Shown piece after piece: positions 26,838 through 40,027 of a stretch of DNA of 64,000 nt. The notes under the pieces were generated by a model. The model was given only the letters and a program-made list of their open reading frames with translations. It was not told where the DNA came from and did not search any database. Origin of the DNA: Camelus dromedarius (Eukaryota); contig NC_087437.1 of assembly GCF_036321535.1 (NCBI RefSeq), positions 60,390,001 to 60,454,000 of the forward strand. The letters are read 5' to 3'. The translations under genes were made by a program, and so were the position numbers. Every line of letters begins with the position of its first letter. The first letter of the stretch is position 1.

Positions 26838-29800
26838 GTTTTTTTCCTTCCAGTTTTATTGAAATATAATTGTTATGCAGCACTGTATAAGTTTAAGGTG
26901 TACAGCATAATGATTTGACTTACGAACATCATGAAATGATTACATAATAAGGTTAGTGACCATCCATCATCTCATATAGACACAGAATAAAAGAAAAAGA
27001 AAATAATGTTTTCCTTGAGATGACAACTCTTAGGATTTGCTCTCTTAACAATTTTCATATATTGTGTACCAGTACTGTTAAATTTTGTACAATACATCTC
27101 TAGTACTTCTTTATTCTTTAATTGGAAGTTTGTTCCTTTTGACCACCTTCATCTAATTCCTTCTCCCACCACCAGCCACCTCTGGTAATCACAAATTGGA
27201 TCTTTTTCTATGAGTTTGTTTGCTTGTTTGTTTTGAAGTATAACAGATCTACAACACCATGTTAGTTCTTGGTGCACAATATAGTATTTGATATTTCTGT
27301 GTGTTATAAAATGATCACTACAATAAGCCTAGTTAACCATCTGTCACCATACAAAGATAGTACATTATTATTGACTATATTCCCCACTCTGCACATTTCA
27401 TCCCTGTGTCTCATTTTGTAACTGGAAGTTTATATCTCCTTATCTCCCTTACCTATTTCACTCATTACCACCACCACCCGCCCCACTCTGGCAGCCACTT
27501 CTTTGTTCTCTGTATCTGAGTCTGTTTTTGTTTTATTATGTTTGTTCATTTGTGTTTTAGATTCCACATATAAGTGAAATCTCATGGTATTTGTCTTTTT
27601 TGTCTGACTTATATCACTTACCATAATCCCCTCTAGTTCCATCCATGTTGTTGCAGATGGCAAGATTTCATTCTTTTTATGGCTGAGTAATATTCCATTA
27701 TACACAGTCACACACACATATAAACACACAGACACATGCCACATTTTTATCCTATTCATCTATTAGTGGGCACTTAAGTGGCTTCCATATCTTGGCTGTT
27801 GTGAATAGGTGTAATGAACATAGCAATGCATATATTTTTTCAAATTAGTTTTTTGTTTTCTTTGGAGAAATACCTGAAGTGGATCATATGGTAGCTCTAT
27901 TTTTAATTTTTTGAGAAATCTTCCATACTGTTTTCCACAGTGGCTGCACCAATTTACATTCCCACCAACAGTGTACTAGGGTTCCGTTTTCTTCATATAC
28001 TTGTCAGCACTTGTTTGTTGTCATTTTAATAATAGCCATTTTGACAGGTGTGAGGTACTAACTCACTGTGGTTTTGATTTACATTTCCCTTATGTTGAGC
28101 ATCTTTTCATGTATCTGTTGGGCATCTGTATGTCTTCCCTTGAAAAATGTCTATTCCGGTCCTCTACCAATTTTTTAATCATGTTGTTTGTTTTTTCGAA
28201 GTTGAGTTGTATGAGTTTTTTGTATGTTTTAGACATTAACTTCTTATCAAATGTATCATTTGCAAATACCTTCTCCCATCCAGTAGGTGGCCTTTTGTTG
28301 ATAGTTTCCTTTGCTGTGCAAAAGCTTTTTAGTTTGATGTAGTCCCATGTATTTTTGCTTTTGTTTCCCTTGCTTGAGAAGACATTCCAAAAAAATACTT
28401 CTGAGACTGATGTCAGAGAGCATATTGCCTATATTTTCTTCTAGGGTTTTTATGGCTTCAAGTCTTACATCTAAGTCTTCAATCCATTTTGCGTTTATTT
28501 TTGTATATGGTATGAGAACATAGACCAATCTGATTCTTTTGCATTTAGCTGTCCAATTTCCCCAACACCATTTATTGAAAAGATTGTGTTTTCCCCATTG
28601 TATATTCTTGTCTCCTTTGTCATAGATGGATTGACCATAAGTGTGGGATAATTTCTGGGCTCGCAGTTCTGTTTCATTGATTTTTGTGGCTGTTAGTGCC
28701 AATTCCATACTGTTACGTTTACTGTAGCTTTGTAGTATAGTTTGAAATCGGGGAGCATGATACCTCCAGGTTTGTTCTCTGTTCTTAAGATTCTTTTGGC
28801 TATTTGGGGTTTTTAATGTTTCCATAAAGATTTTACAATTATTTGTTCTAGTTCTTTGAGAAATGCCATTGGTATTTTGATAGGGATTGCATTGAATCTG
28901 TATATTGCCATGGGTAGTATGGTCATTTTAACAATATTAATTCTTCCAGGCCATGAGCATGGTATATCTTTCCATCTGTTTGTTTCATCCTCAATTTTTC
29001 ATCAGTGTGTTAGTTTTCCAAGTACAGGCTTTTTACATCCTTAGTTAGATTTATTCCTAGATATATTACTCTTTTTGATGCAATTGTAAATAGGATTGTT
29101 TTCTTTGTTTCTATTTCTGATAGTTCATTGTTAGTATATAGAAATGCAGCAGATGTCTGTATTAATTTTGTATTCTCAAACTTTACCAAATTCATTGATG
29201 ACTTGTAGTAGTTTTTTGGTGGCATCTGTAGGATTTTCTGTATGCAATATCATGTCATCTTCAAACAATGATGGTTTTACTTCCTTTCCAATTTGAATTC
29301 CTTTTCTTTTTCATGTCTGATTGCTATGGCTAGGACTTCCAATACTATATTGGATAAAAGTGGCAAGAGCAGGAATTTTTGTCTTGTTCCTGATCTTAGA
29401 GGAAAAGCTTTTCACCACTGATTATGATGTTACCTGTGGGCTAGTCATATGTGGCCTTTATCATGTTGAGGTATGTTCCCTCTGTAATCACTTTGTTGAG
29501 AGATTTTGTTACAGATGGATGTTGAATTTTGTCAAAAGCTTTTTCTGAATCTATTGAGATGATCATACGAATTTTATTCTTCAGTTTGTTAATGTGGTGT
29601 ATCACATTGACTGATTTGCAGATAGTGAACAATACTTTTTGTTTCTGAGATAAATCCCACTTGATCATGGTATATGACCCTTTTAATGTAATGTTGAATT
29701 CACTTTGCTATTTTGTTGGGGTTTTGGACCTATGTTCATCAGTGATATAGGCCTGTAATTTTCTTTTATTGTTGTGTCCTTGTCTGATTTTGGTGTCGGG

Positions 29801-32800
29801 GGGTGCTGGGCTCATAGAATGAGTTCAGAAGCATTCCTTCCTCTACAGTTTTTGGGAATGGTTTGAGAAAGATAGGCATTAATTCCTCCTTAAAAGTTTG
29901 GTAGAATTCATACATGAAGCTGTCTGGTCCTGCATTTTTGTTTGTTGGGTGTTTTTTAAATTACTGGTTCATTTTCATTACTGGTAATTGTTCTGTTCGT
30001 ATATTCTGTTTCTTCCTGATTCAGTCTTGGAGATTTTACATTTCTATGACGTTCTCATTTCTCCTAGGTTGTCCATTTTATTTCCATATTATTGTTCATA
30101 GTAGCTTATTCTTTATATTTCTGCACTATTGGTTGTAACTTCTTTTTCATCTCTTATTTTATTTATTTGTGTCTTTTCCCTTTTTTTCTTGATGAGTCTG
30201 GCTAAAGATTTGTCAATTTTGTTTATCTTTTCAAAGAACCAGCTATTAGTTTTATTATCTATTTTCTTTTAGGAAAAGTAAACTTCATTTATTTCTTCTC
30301 TGATCTTTATCATTTCTTTCATCCTACTAACTTTGGATTTTGTTTGTTCTTTTTCTAGTTCCTTTAGGTGTAAGGTTAGGTTGTTTGAGATTTTTCTTGT
30401 TTCCTGAGGTAGGCTTGTATCATGATAAACTTCCCTCTTAGAGCACTTTTGCTATGTCCCATAGATTTTTGGATTGTGTTTCCATTTTCGTCATCTCCAG
30501 GTATTTTTAATATCCTCTTTAATTTCGTCAGTGACTAATTGGTTGTTTAGTAGATATTATTTAGCCTCCACATGTTTGTGTTTTTCACGGTTTTTTCTTG
30601 TCATTGATTTCTAGTGTCATAGCATTGTGGTTGGAAAAAAATGTTTGATATGACTTCAGTTTTCTTAAATTTATCAAGGCCTGTTTTGTGGTCAGTATGT
30701 AATCTGTTCTGGAGAATGTTCCATGTGTCCTTGAAAAGAATGTATATTCTGCTTTCAGATGGAATGTTCTGTATATAGCAACTAAGTCCATCTGGTCTGT
30801 TGTTCATTTAAGGCCAGTGTTTCTTTATTGATTTTCTGTCTGGATGATATGTCCAATGATGCAAGTGGGGTGGTAAAGTCCCCTACTACTATTTTGTTAC
30901 ATCAGTTTCTTTCTTTATGTTTATTAATATTTGCTTTATATATTTAGGTGCTCCTTTGTTGTGTGCATATATGTTACAATTGTTGTATCTTGTTGGAAGA
31001 TTTTCATTATCTAATGCTCTTTTTTGTCTAATTACAATCTTTGTTTTAAAGGTTATATTGTCTGGTATAACTTGATACTCCAGCTTTCTTTTCATCTCTA
31101 TTTGCATGGAATTCCTTTTTCCATCTCTTCACTCTCATTCTGTGTGTGCCTTTAGATCTCAAGTGAGTGTCTTCTAGGAAGCATATATAGGTCTTATTTT
31201 TGTATCCTTTCAGCCATTCTATGTCTTATGATTGGAGCATTTAGTCTGTTTACATTTAAGGTAATTATTGATAGTTATGTACTTACTGCCATTTTGTTAA
31301 TTGGGGGTTGTTTTGTACTTCTTTTTTGTTCCTTTCTTTTGCTTTTTTCCCTTTGATTTGATCTTTATCTTTAGTGTTACATTTGGATTTCTTTCTCTTT
31401 TGTGTGTGTGTACCATTAGGATTTTTGGTTGGTGATTTATATATATCTTAAGTTAATGGTCACTTAAGTTCAAACATATTCTAACAACCCTGCATTTTTA
31501 CTCCTTCCACCTACATTTAATGTTTTTGACATTATATTTTACATCTTTGTGTTTTGTATATCCCTTAAATACTTATTGTGGATATAGATGATTTTAAATG
31601 GTTGATCTACCTTTACTGAATGTTTGCCTTTACCAATGAGATTTTTCCTTTCATAGTTTTTATATTTCTAGTTGTGGCGTCTTCTTTTCCACTCAGTGAA
31701 GTCTCTTTAACATTTTTTTAAGGCCAGTTTAGTGGTGCTGAACTGTTTTAGCATATCCTTGTCTGTACCTGAATGATAGTCTTGCTGAGTGGAGTATTCT
31801 TGGTTGTAGGGTTTTTTCCTTTCATCATTTAAAATATATCATGCCACTCCCTTCTGGCCTGCAAAATTTCTGCTGAAAAGTCAGCTGACAGTCTTACAGA
31901 AATTCCCTTGAATGTAATTAGTTGCTTTTCCCTTGCTGCTTTAAATACTCTCTCTTTATCTTTAATTTTTGCCATTTTAATTACATGTGTTTGTGTAGAC
32001 CTTTTTGGGTTGATCTTGTTTGGGACTCTGTGTTTCCTGGACCTGGACGTCTGTTTCCTTTCCAGGTTAGGGAAGTTTTTGGCTACTATCTCTTCAAATA
32101 AGTTCTCTGCCCTTTTTTCCCTCTCTCCTTTTCTGGAGCCCCTGTAATTTGTTGGTATGCTTGATACTTTGCCAAAGTCCCTTAAACTGTCCTCCTTTTA
32201 AAAAAATTTTTTTTTTTCTGTTCAACTTGGGTGATTTCCATTTCACTGTCTTACATTTCACTGATCTGTTCCTCTGTACCGTCTAATCTGCTGTTGACTC
32301 TTTCTAGTGTATTTTTTATTTCAGTAATTGTATTCTTCAGCTCTGGTTCTTTATATTTTTCTGACTCTTTGTTAAATTTCTCACCGTGTTTATCCATTTT
32401 TCTCCTGAGTTTGTTCAGAATCTTTATGATCACTATCTTGAACTCTTTTTGGGTAGATTGCTTATCTCCTCTTTATTTAGTTCTTCTAGCGTTTTATCTT
32501 GTTCCTTCGTTTGGAACATATTCTTTGTTTACCACACTTAGCCTAATTCTCCGTGTTTATTTGTATGTATTAGATAGGTTTGCTGCGAGGCCCCACCTCG
32601 TGCAGGGCCAGGGTAAGGCTAAGTCCTGATGCGGTAGCTACACTGCCAAAGAGTCATGTTCCTGGCCAGCTGGTGAGTGTTGGTGGCTCCTATGGCATCT
32701 GGCTGCTAGTACCTGGATCCCTGTGCTGATGCTGGCCTACTGGTGGTCAGAGCTGGATCCCAGCACTAATAGTCAGAGAGAGGACTTCAAAATGGCACTT

Positions 32801-33388
32801 CCCAGCACCAGCGTCCTTGTGGTAGAACTGGCTCCCAAAATGGCTGTCACCAGCATCCCTAGTGGGAGTCCCTCCTACCTCTCTGAGAGGCTTCTCCAAG
32901 ATCAGTAAGTGGGCCTGAGCCAGTAACCTCTCAAGTTACTGCCTTTGTGCTGGGTCTCAGAGCATGTGAGATTTTGCATGTGCCCTTTAAGATCAGTCTG
33001 TTTCCTGTCTCCTGCTCTTCCATACATAAGTGCTACTGACCTTCAAAGCCAGACATTCTGGGGACTCATCTTTCCAGGATAGGTCCCCCAGGATTGGGAT
33101 CCTGATGTAGGGCTCAGACCCCTTCCTTCTTAGGAAGAACCTTTGCGATTGTGTTTATCCTCCCATTCGTGAGTTGCCTACCCAGAGGTATGCATCTTGA
33201 CTGTACTGCATTTCTGCCCCTCTTACCCATCTTGTGGTTCTTTCTTTATATATTTAGTTATGGAAAATCTTTTCTGCTGACCTCCAGCTCATTCGCATCC
33301 ATAGTTACTATGTAATTAATTGTAATTTTGTTGTGCCCATGGGAGGAGGTGAACTTAGGATCTTCCTACTCTACCAACTTGGCCACCT
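26838..33388 (-). mobile_element. Near full-length decayed LINE-1 (about 6.55 kb: 5'UTR, ORF1, ORF2, 3'UTR)
   Basis: Ordered antisense fragments: ORF1 coiled coil (ELKNTITEIKNTLERVNSRLD), endonuclease (YTFFSRTHGTFSRTDYIL), RT ([17 protein letters not shown]), C-terminus ([10 protein letters not shown]), GC-richer 5'UTR at 32580-33388. TSD-like atttaatc..tttt at 26830 and 33389. Many frameshifts. Confidence 0.92.
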
Positions 33389-35284
33389 ATTTAATCAATT
33401 TTATGGTACCTTTACTAAGTCAACTTTTTAAGCCTACTTAAAACAAAAGTGTCCACATTATCTTGGGCTACGCTTTACCAGAAAAATTGATAGCAGATTC
33501 ATAGGTATATGATGTTATTGCTGTATTCCTACTGTTTAAAAAAGAAGCTAATAAAACAGAACCCTAGCATTAATCCTTCCTTCATATGACTTAAGAAAAA
33601 GTCTTTCTCTAACTCCATTAACTATTTGAATTCCCTCTGACCCTCTTACAGTGTTGTGCTGTTACTGCATTTTCTTCATTGTAAGAATTATTAGGAGATT
33701 CTATTGGGAATAGTTTCTAATGTGGAAATTATCAGTGAATGTTAATTCTTCATTGAGCCATTACCATGGAAACTCAAATGTTACATCAGTTACAATCTAT
33801 AACATATTTATTTAAACTTAGTATTATAATTATTAAGTAAATTACTATGTATAAAGCAACTGGAAGAGTCCTGGCAAATAGTGCCATATTTTAGCGGTTA
33901 TTACTTAGCAGTTTTATTGTTTTTTTGGCGAGTGTGAAAATTAAATTCAGATATTCTTTAAGATTTAAAGCCTTGGTCTTTAGATGTAATATCTCTTTTC
34001 AGGAATTATAATTGTTTATTAAAAAATAGATGGTAGTGAGTTCTTAGTACTGAATTCAGATATTTATCGATAGATCTTAGTGTTTTCAAAGTGAGTAGGT
34101 TGGGGGACAGGGACTTGTCAGATTCATGAAGGGGGTCTGAAAAAAATGCACAATCCTGATTATTTTTAACGGCTGCTGAATCCACAAATTTAGCTGCTTC
34201 TTAAGGACTTAATAAAAAAAATTGTTAGTTCATCTTAATTGTATAGTAACTTAATAATTCAGCATTTTTAGTACCTGGAGTTTTTATATAATGGACCATT
34301 TTTATTACTAAGTAAATAATCTAATTTTTCCACAGTTTTAAACTCTGATCTCTTGGCAATGTGATAGGTAAAAAGGTTTGGTTCGATATTCCTCTGGTGT
34401 TTTAACCCTTCACCCCTTTTTATAAGATTTTAAGTGGAAGCGAAATCTTATGCATGGAACTGTCATATGTAATACAGGTATTATTTTATTACCATACACT
34501 TACTTACAAGTTCAGATTTATAACATTTGCTTATTATAAATATGAACAGTAAGGCAGTTTCGATAACGTAAAACATTTCAATATTGTTATACTCAGCATA
34601 TTTTTTTTCTAATTTTGTTACACAGTATTGAGAAAACTCTGACTTAAACAGATAACTAATTGCTCACAGTGTTTTAAAGCTTGCCTTATAGACCTAATTT
34701 GTCATTCTAGCAGCTAGAAAGAGTAATAAGGACTTTGAATTTTAAAGTTGACTCACTAAATATCTGTTCACTACTTTAATTTACTAACTGTTAGAAATGG
34801 AGTCAAATGTGATTCTCTTTTCTGCTAGCTACAACAACTTAGATTAATCATTTAACCTCTCAAGGCCTTGGGTTCCTCATTTACTGAATGGACATTATGA
34901 TTTTTACCTCATGAGGTACTTGGATTAAATAGGCTAAATGCATGTGTTAGTGCGTAGTTTTCAAAAAAGGAAAGTTATTACTAAGCAAATAGAAAATGAA
35001 CAAATTGCATTCCACTCATTAATGAGGTAAACCAGTAAGATGCTAAACACGCCTAGAGTATGTTTGTAAACTAGGTATGTATAGACAATGTTAATACAAG
35101 ATTGCTGAGTTAGATAGAAACTGGCTCATGTCCAACAAGGCACCTAATCACTTTTCAACTGGGTGCTGCTAATTGTTTACTTCTCTACTGGATAAAAATC
35201 TACAGGTAAATGTGTAACTTTACCAAATCCGGGATTTTTAATCAGTAACAAATAGTGAATTTAAGTACATTCCCTTTAAATCGG

Positions 35285-35502
35285 GCTTTTCTTAACCTTG
35301 GCACTGTTGACATTTAGGACTAGATAATTCTTGGTGGTAGGGTGCTGTCCTGTAAATTGTAGGACTTTCAGTAGCATCCTTGACTTTTCTACCCACTAGA
35401 TAGCAGTAGACCCTCCCTCCTCTAGTGTGGGAACAAAAATGTCTCCAGACATTGTCAAATGTTCCCTGAGGGGACAAAATTGTCCCTGGTTGAGAACTGT
35501 TG
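35285..35502. mobile_element. MER20 hAT-Charlie element
   Basis: ttcttaaccttggcactgttgacattt...aaaatgtctccagacattgtcaaatgttccctg...ggttgagaactgttg. Confidence 0.85.
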
Positions 35503-38188
35503 CCCTAGATAATCTTTTTTTTTTTTTTTAACCCATATAGCATTGTAAGAGTATGCCGCCTAATTTCCCACTTTTTTTGTAAGTATTTGATAATTTTTCT
35601 TACATCTGTAAAGCACTTTATACAATGCCTGATAAGTAGGAGATAATTATTAAATAATAACTGTTATTAATAATGTTGATGATATTATGATTACTACTAA
35701 TATCATGTTCCTTGAGCAGTTTGAAAGTCTTTTGTAGAATGTATTTCTGATACTGATTTATTAAACAACATCATTTAAAAGCAAACAAAAAAATCCTAAG
35801 ATACTTCAGTGCTTACCTGTCATATTTGCGCAGTTTCAAAACAGTCAAAATTAAGTTTTGCATGTAAAGCCCCAAATTCACACTTCTCACATTCTTTCTG
35901 CAGTTTTAGGTGCCATAAATTTTAATCAAAAATAAGTAGCTTGAACTCATTCACTTTGTTTAAAAATTGAACAAGAACTACTCATAAATTCCTAATGATA
36001 ATTAAAACAAACATAATATGGTATTATTATACCTGAATATATTACATGTTAACATTTATTGTGTAGCCAGCCCTTTAAGCTAAACCATGTTAAAGGTAGG
36101 TTGAGTAGATGTGTTTGAACTTTGCCTGGCATTTTGTTTAGTGAGACACATGCCAAAGTAATGTACTTACTTATATATTTTTAGGTGAACAGAAGTGTAC
36201 GTAAATTAATTTGCTGAATTTTCATTAAGGCCCAGTGCAGAACGACAAATACATAATTAATGAGACAAATCCCACGTGTGTTCAGAAACTGGAGAAGTTG
36301 TATTTTGAGATCTACCAATTTTAGCTGATAGTATATATGTAAATAAGTTGTTATAAATGCCAGTATTAAAACTTGTTACACATTTGTGCTTGTGGATTTT
36401 TAAAATTAAAATGTCTAAAACCATGAATATGAAAGTTTTAAGATGAAAGAACATCAGTGGGACCTGTGAAGCACTGTAGTGAAATATCCTAAGAACTATA
36501 CAGTTCTGATTTGGTAAATTTATTTTTTTATATATAGTCTTTTAAGGAGCATAGTTTACTTGTTCTTTTCCTAGTTACCTTTGACACTTGACCTTTCATT
36601 TAAGTTTCATAAAGTTCATGTGACTTTGACTTGCAGGCGTTTTCTTATCAGGGTAATTTTACTGGACAGCCAGCCATTTTCTGTGCTGTTTTAGAAATGT
36701 AACCTAGTTTTAGCTCCTCTCTCTTCTGATAAAATTGCTCAAGAGAAATGAGACAGAATAGGGAATAGTTTAGGAAATTAAAATTAAAAGTAACTTTGGG
36801 CAGATTTGGAATTAAGAGTAGTAATTGTTGATAAGGGAGTTGTCTTTTGGCTCACTGTCTCTGGGATATAGCACAGTATACTTTTCCACACAAAGCTTTG
36901 TTTATTAAATTAGAGATGTAGGTCTTTGAGTATAAGTACATGAATTGTTAACTTTAGTTTTGTAAAATTCAGCAGACTTCATTAGCAACTATCCTGGTCA
37001 TTTTCTAATTGCAGTACACATACAGTGCTTAGAAAGCCCCAAATATAGTGGAAGAAAGACAAGATAATTCTGTAGATGAAGAAGAAAGTTTCCCTTTCAC
37101 TGTTATCCAGCTTTTTGCTGTCATTGGTTAATACAACTTTCAAGTTTAAAAAAAAATACCATTTAATTATAGCGAAGCTATGGCATAAAATGTAACGTGC
37201 AAGATTTTAAATATGAAATACTCTGAGACCAACACTTTCACAGTGTTTTATTCGTTATTTCAGATGTAGTTGGGTTATGATACTTTTCTGCTAACGGATT
37301 GATTAAAAATCCAAAGCACAGAAAAAGATCTTTGAAAGAGCAAATAAATCAGTGATATATCAGGAAACAAGTTGCTTGACGTTTTGCCTTTAAACTGTCT
37401 ACATGGTATGGATATACATCAGAATTGGTTCTGTAACATTTCCCCAAATTGTAAATTATTTTGATGTGTTAAAAATATTTTTATCTCACTCAACTTTTTC
37501 ACTGTCAGAGTTTAATTCAGTTATTATTCTGTTTAATTTTGCCAGATAACTGATTTTTTAATTGCTTGAATAATGTAGAGAGGAATCAAACCACAAAATA
37601 TAAATGATTGAGGCACTGTTTTTACCATTAAACTATATTTAAATTAGCATGGAATGTTTCATGTTGGTAAGAAAGCATCATGTCCGGTTGTTCGGGGCTC
37701 ATCTATGGAATTCTGTAACGAGTCCCTTGCTGAACATCTTGCCCCTCCCCCCAAAGCAGCTAGCATATATTTGAGCATAGTGGCTCTGCTTCTGTTGTAT
37801 CTTATTCTCAAGGAGGAGGTAGCAATGCTTACATTGCAGCGGGTGGAGCTTCTATGATGAATCTGATCCTGGATTAAATTTTAAAGATATTAGAAGGCTC
37901 TGGGCCCTTACAAAGTGGTGCTGAATGATTAACCTCATTCTGGGAATTTGAAACAGTTTTATTGTATAAGAAAAAGTAACAGCATTTTAATTCCATTTGT
38001 AATAAGCTGATCTGGTATCTGCTGTGCGGTTGGAAATGGTGGAAAAATGCAATATTCTAATATAAATTTTTTTAAAGAGTGCCTTGGATCTAAATTAAGT
38101 GTTCAAGACAGTCAGCAAGCAACATTTACCAAGGCATTTTTCTGGAATTTCAATCTTGGATCAGCTGAAATGCTCAGGGTCTGAAAAA

Positions 38189-38290
38189 ATGTCTCCTAGC
38201 ATCAAAAACTTGGATTGCTTTTTTCTAATGTTAGGCTACTATAAAGTAGCATGCACCAACAGCACAGTATCCTTTTTCTTTGGATGTAAG
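38189..38290 (+). pseudogene. Probable degenerate alternative first exon of DLG1, paralogous to a DLG2/PSD-93 alternative N-terminal exon
   Basis: Translates MSPSIKNLDCFFLMLGYYKVACTNSTVSFFFGCK versus recalled DLG2 MSPVVKDPDCFTPMICHCKVACTNNTLSLMFGCK (20/34 identical, ungapped). Followed by AAG|atgggt instead of AAG|gt. Confidence 0.75.
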
Positions 38291-40015
38291 ATGGGTTTGA
38301 ATAATACTTCTAAAAAAAGATTGGTTTTAAAATTCAGTAGTTATTTCAACAAAGAAATAATTATAATTCAAATTTAATGGTTTGATTGACTTTAATTCAG
38401 GGTATAATTCCCTGTCTTTTGTGTGTATGATACAAGTAAACAATTGGCTTGTGTACAGTGAAAGTGTAATGGGAAAATTGTTTTATGAAAGCTGTACGTA
38501 AAATATTGTCATTCTCCATTAATAAAGATTGATCATTGACTTGATTTTTATGTTTTGCTACTGTGGAAAATTCAGTATACAGGAAACAACATTGATATGC
38601 AGGACTGGAAATGCCTTCTGATATCATTCTGATGGAAGAAATTATTAATGGCAGGTTTTATGTTTAAACTCATGTCATCAGCTTTGTAATTTTGGTACTA
38701 AATCAAATGTTGGTATTTAGATTGTGTAGAGGGGAAAAAGTCTTTTGAACAGTACAAACAACAAAAGAAACATCCTGTAAGTGAAACATAGGTTATATTA
38801 ATTAGTGATATGACTTATTGAAAGAAAATAAATGTAAAGTTTGCCTTAAAGATAAATGATTTGGTTTCTTTATATAAAATATTAAATGACATAAGGAAGT
38901 GATGTATTTTTACTTCATTTCTGTGATCAAAAACAGCATGTGATTCAAAACCAAGTTGAAAGCCGGAAGAGCTTTCTAATGAAAATTTATTTGGGGAATA
39001 ATTACTTACTCTGAAGTATGGTTTTAAATGAAACCTTTTTCTTGGTTTTTGTAGGACTGAAACTTTCAAGTTGATGATGTGAAAAGATCTCCAAATGGCT
39101 AATTGACTAAAAAATTATACCGAAAGTGTTTTTCACTCATTTATTAGAGAATATATTGCTTTTCTGGTCACCTAAGTCTTTCATTTCTCCCCATTTTAAA
39201 CTCTTTGCAGTGTCAGAGAGTTCTTATTTTCCTAGTGATATTTTAGAAATTTTCTGAAACATCTTATGAAGCATAACATAGAATGGTTGTGCATTAAAAA
39301 TATGCTGCTTATGGGAACAGTTTTTTTTAAGAGTTTGTTTTAATATTTTTATTGGTTGTTAAACTGAACCAGTGTAAAATTCATATGTATGGTTTAAATA
39401 GCTCAAGCTACATTTTTGTTTTCCCTTGAGTGTTAAGCCTGCTTTTTTCAGGTAGTGTCCACAGCAGGATGTCTAGGAAAAGTTTTTTTCAATCTTTTTA
39501 TTTTTAAAAGTTTATTTATTGTATTGATTCTCAATTCTTACCAGAATCTTAAAGTAGTGTTGGCAAGTGTATTTAATATTCAACTGACAGTTAAATAAAC
39601 TGAGGCAGAATAATTTATATGACCTGCTTAAACTAACTTGAATGCTTATTATTAAAGTGTTTCTTCTGCTAAGCTTCAGAGTCTTTCTGAAATATCATAG
39701 CATTAAGTCGAGTGTACTTGTTTAAGCCCATCTTGGGAAAAGGTTTTTTAATTTTTTAAATAATATTTTTATAAAGTTAACACTAATATTTTTCCTTCTT
39801 TTGTATTTAGGCAAATTAAATACCTCATGAGGTATTATAAGGTGTTTTAAGAATGCTGTCCTTATAGAATCAGTTTTTAAGAAAGTAGCATACCATTGCT
39901 CATAATTTGTCTAATAATCTCTGTAAACTTTGACTACCACCACCACACCAACACTTCTTAAACCACTTTAGATCCTCTGGTATTCATCATAAATTACCAC
40001 TTGAGGTGCTTGTTT

Positions 40016-40027
40016 GCCCCCTGGTGG
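40016..40027 (-). promoter_or_regulatory. CTCF core motif
   Basis: gccccctggtgg reads CCACCAGGGGGC on the - strand, a full match to the CCASYAGRKGGC core, in unique sequence. Confidence 0.55.

Noticed and set aside
27430..32629. Many 60-189 aa ORFs, some with RT/endonuclease motifs
   Set aside because: Frameshifted pieces of a dead L1 or their antisense shadows; not host genes or an active element.
38099..38377. 92-aa ORF as a single-exon gene
   Set aside because: It starts at GTG and the recognisable similarity stops at 38290; the tail is AT-rich intron-like sequence. The 30 open codons upstream of 38189 could not be assessed.
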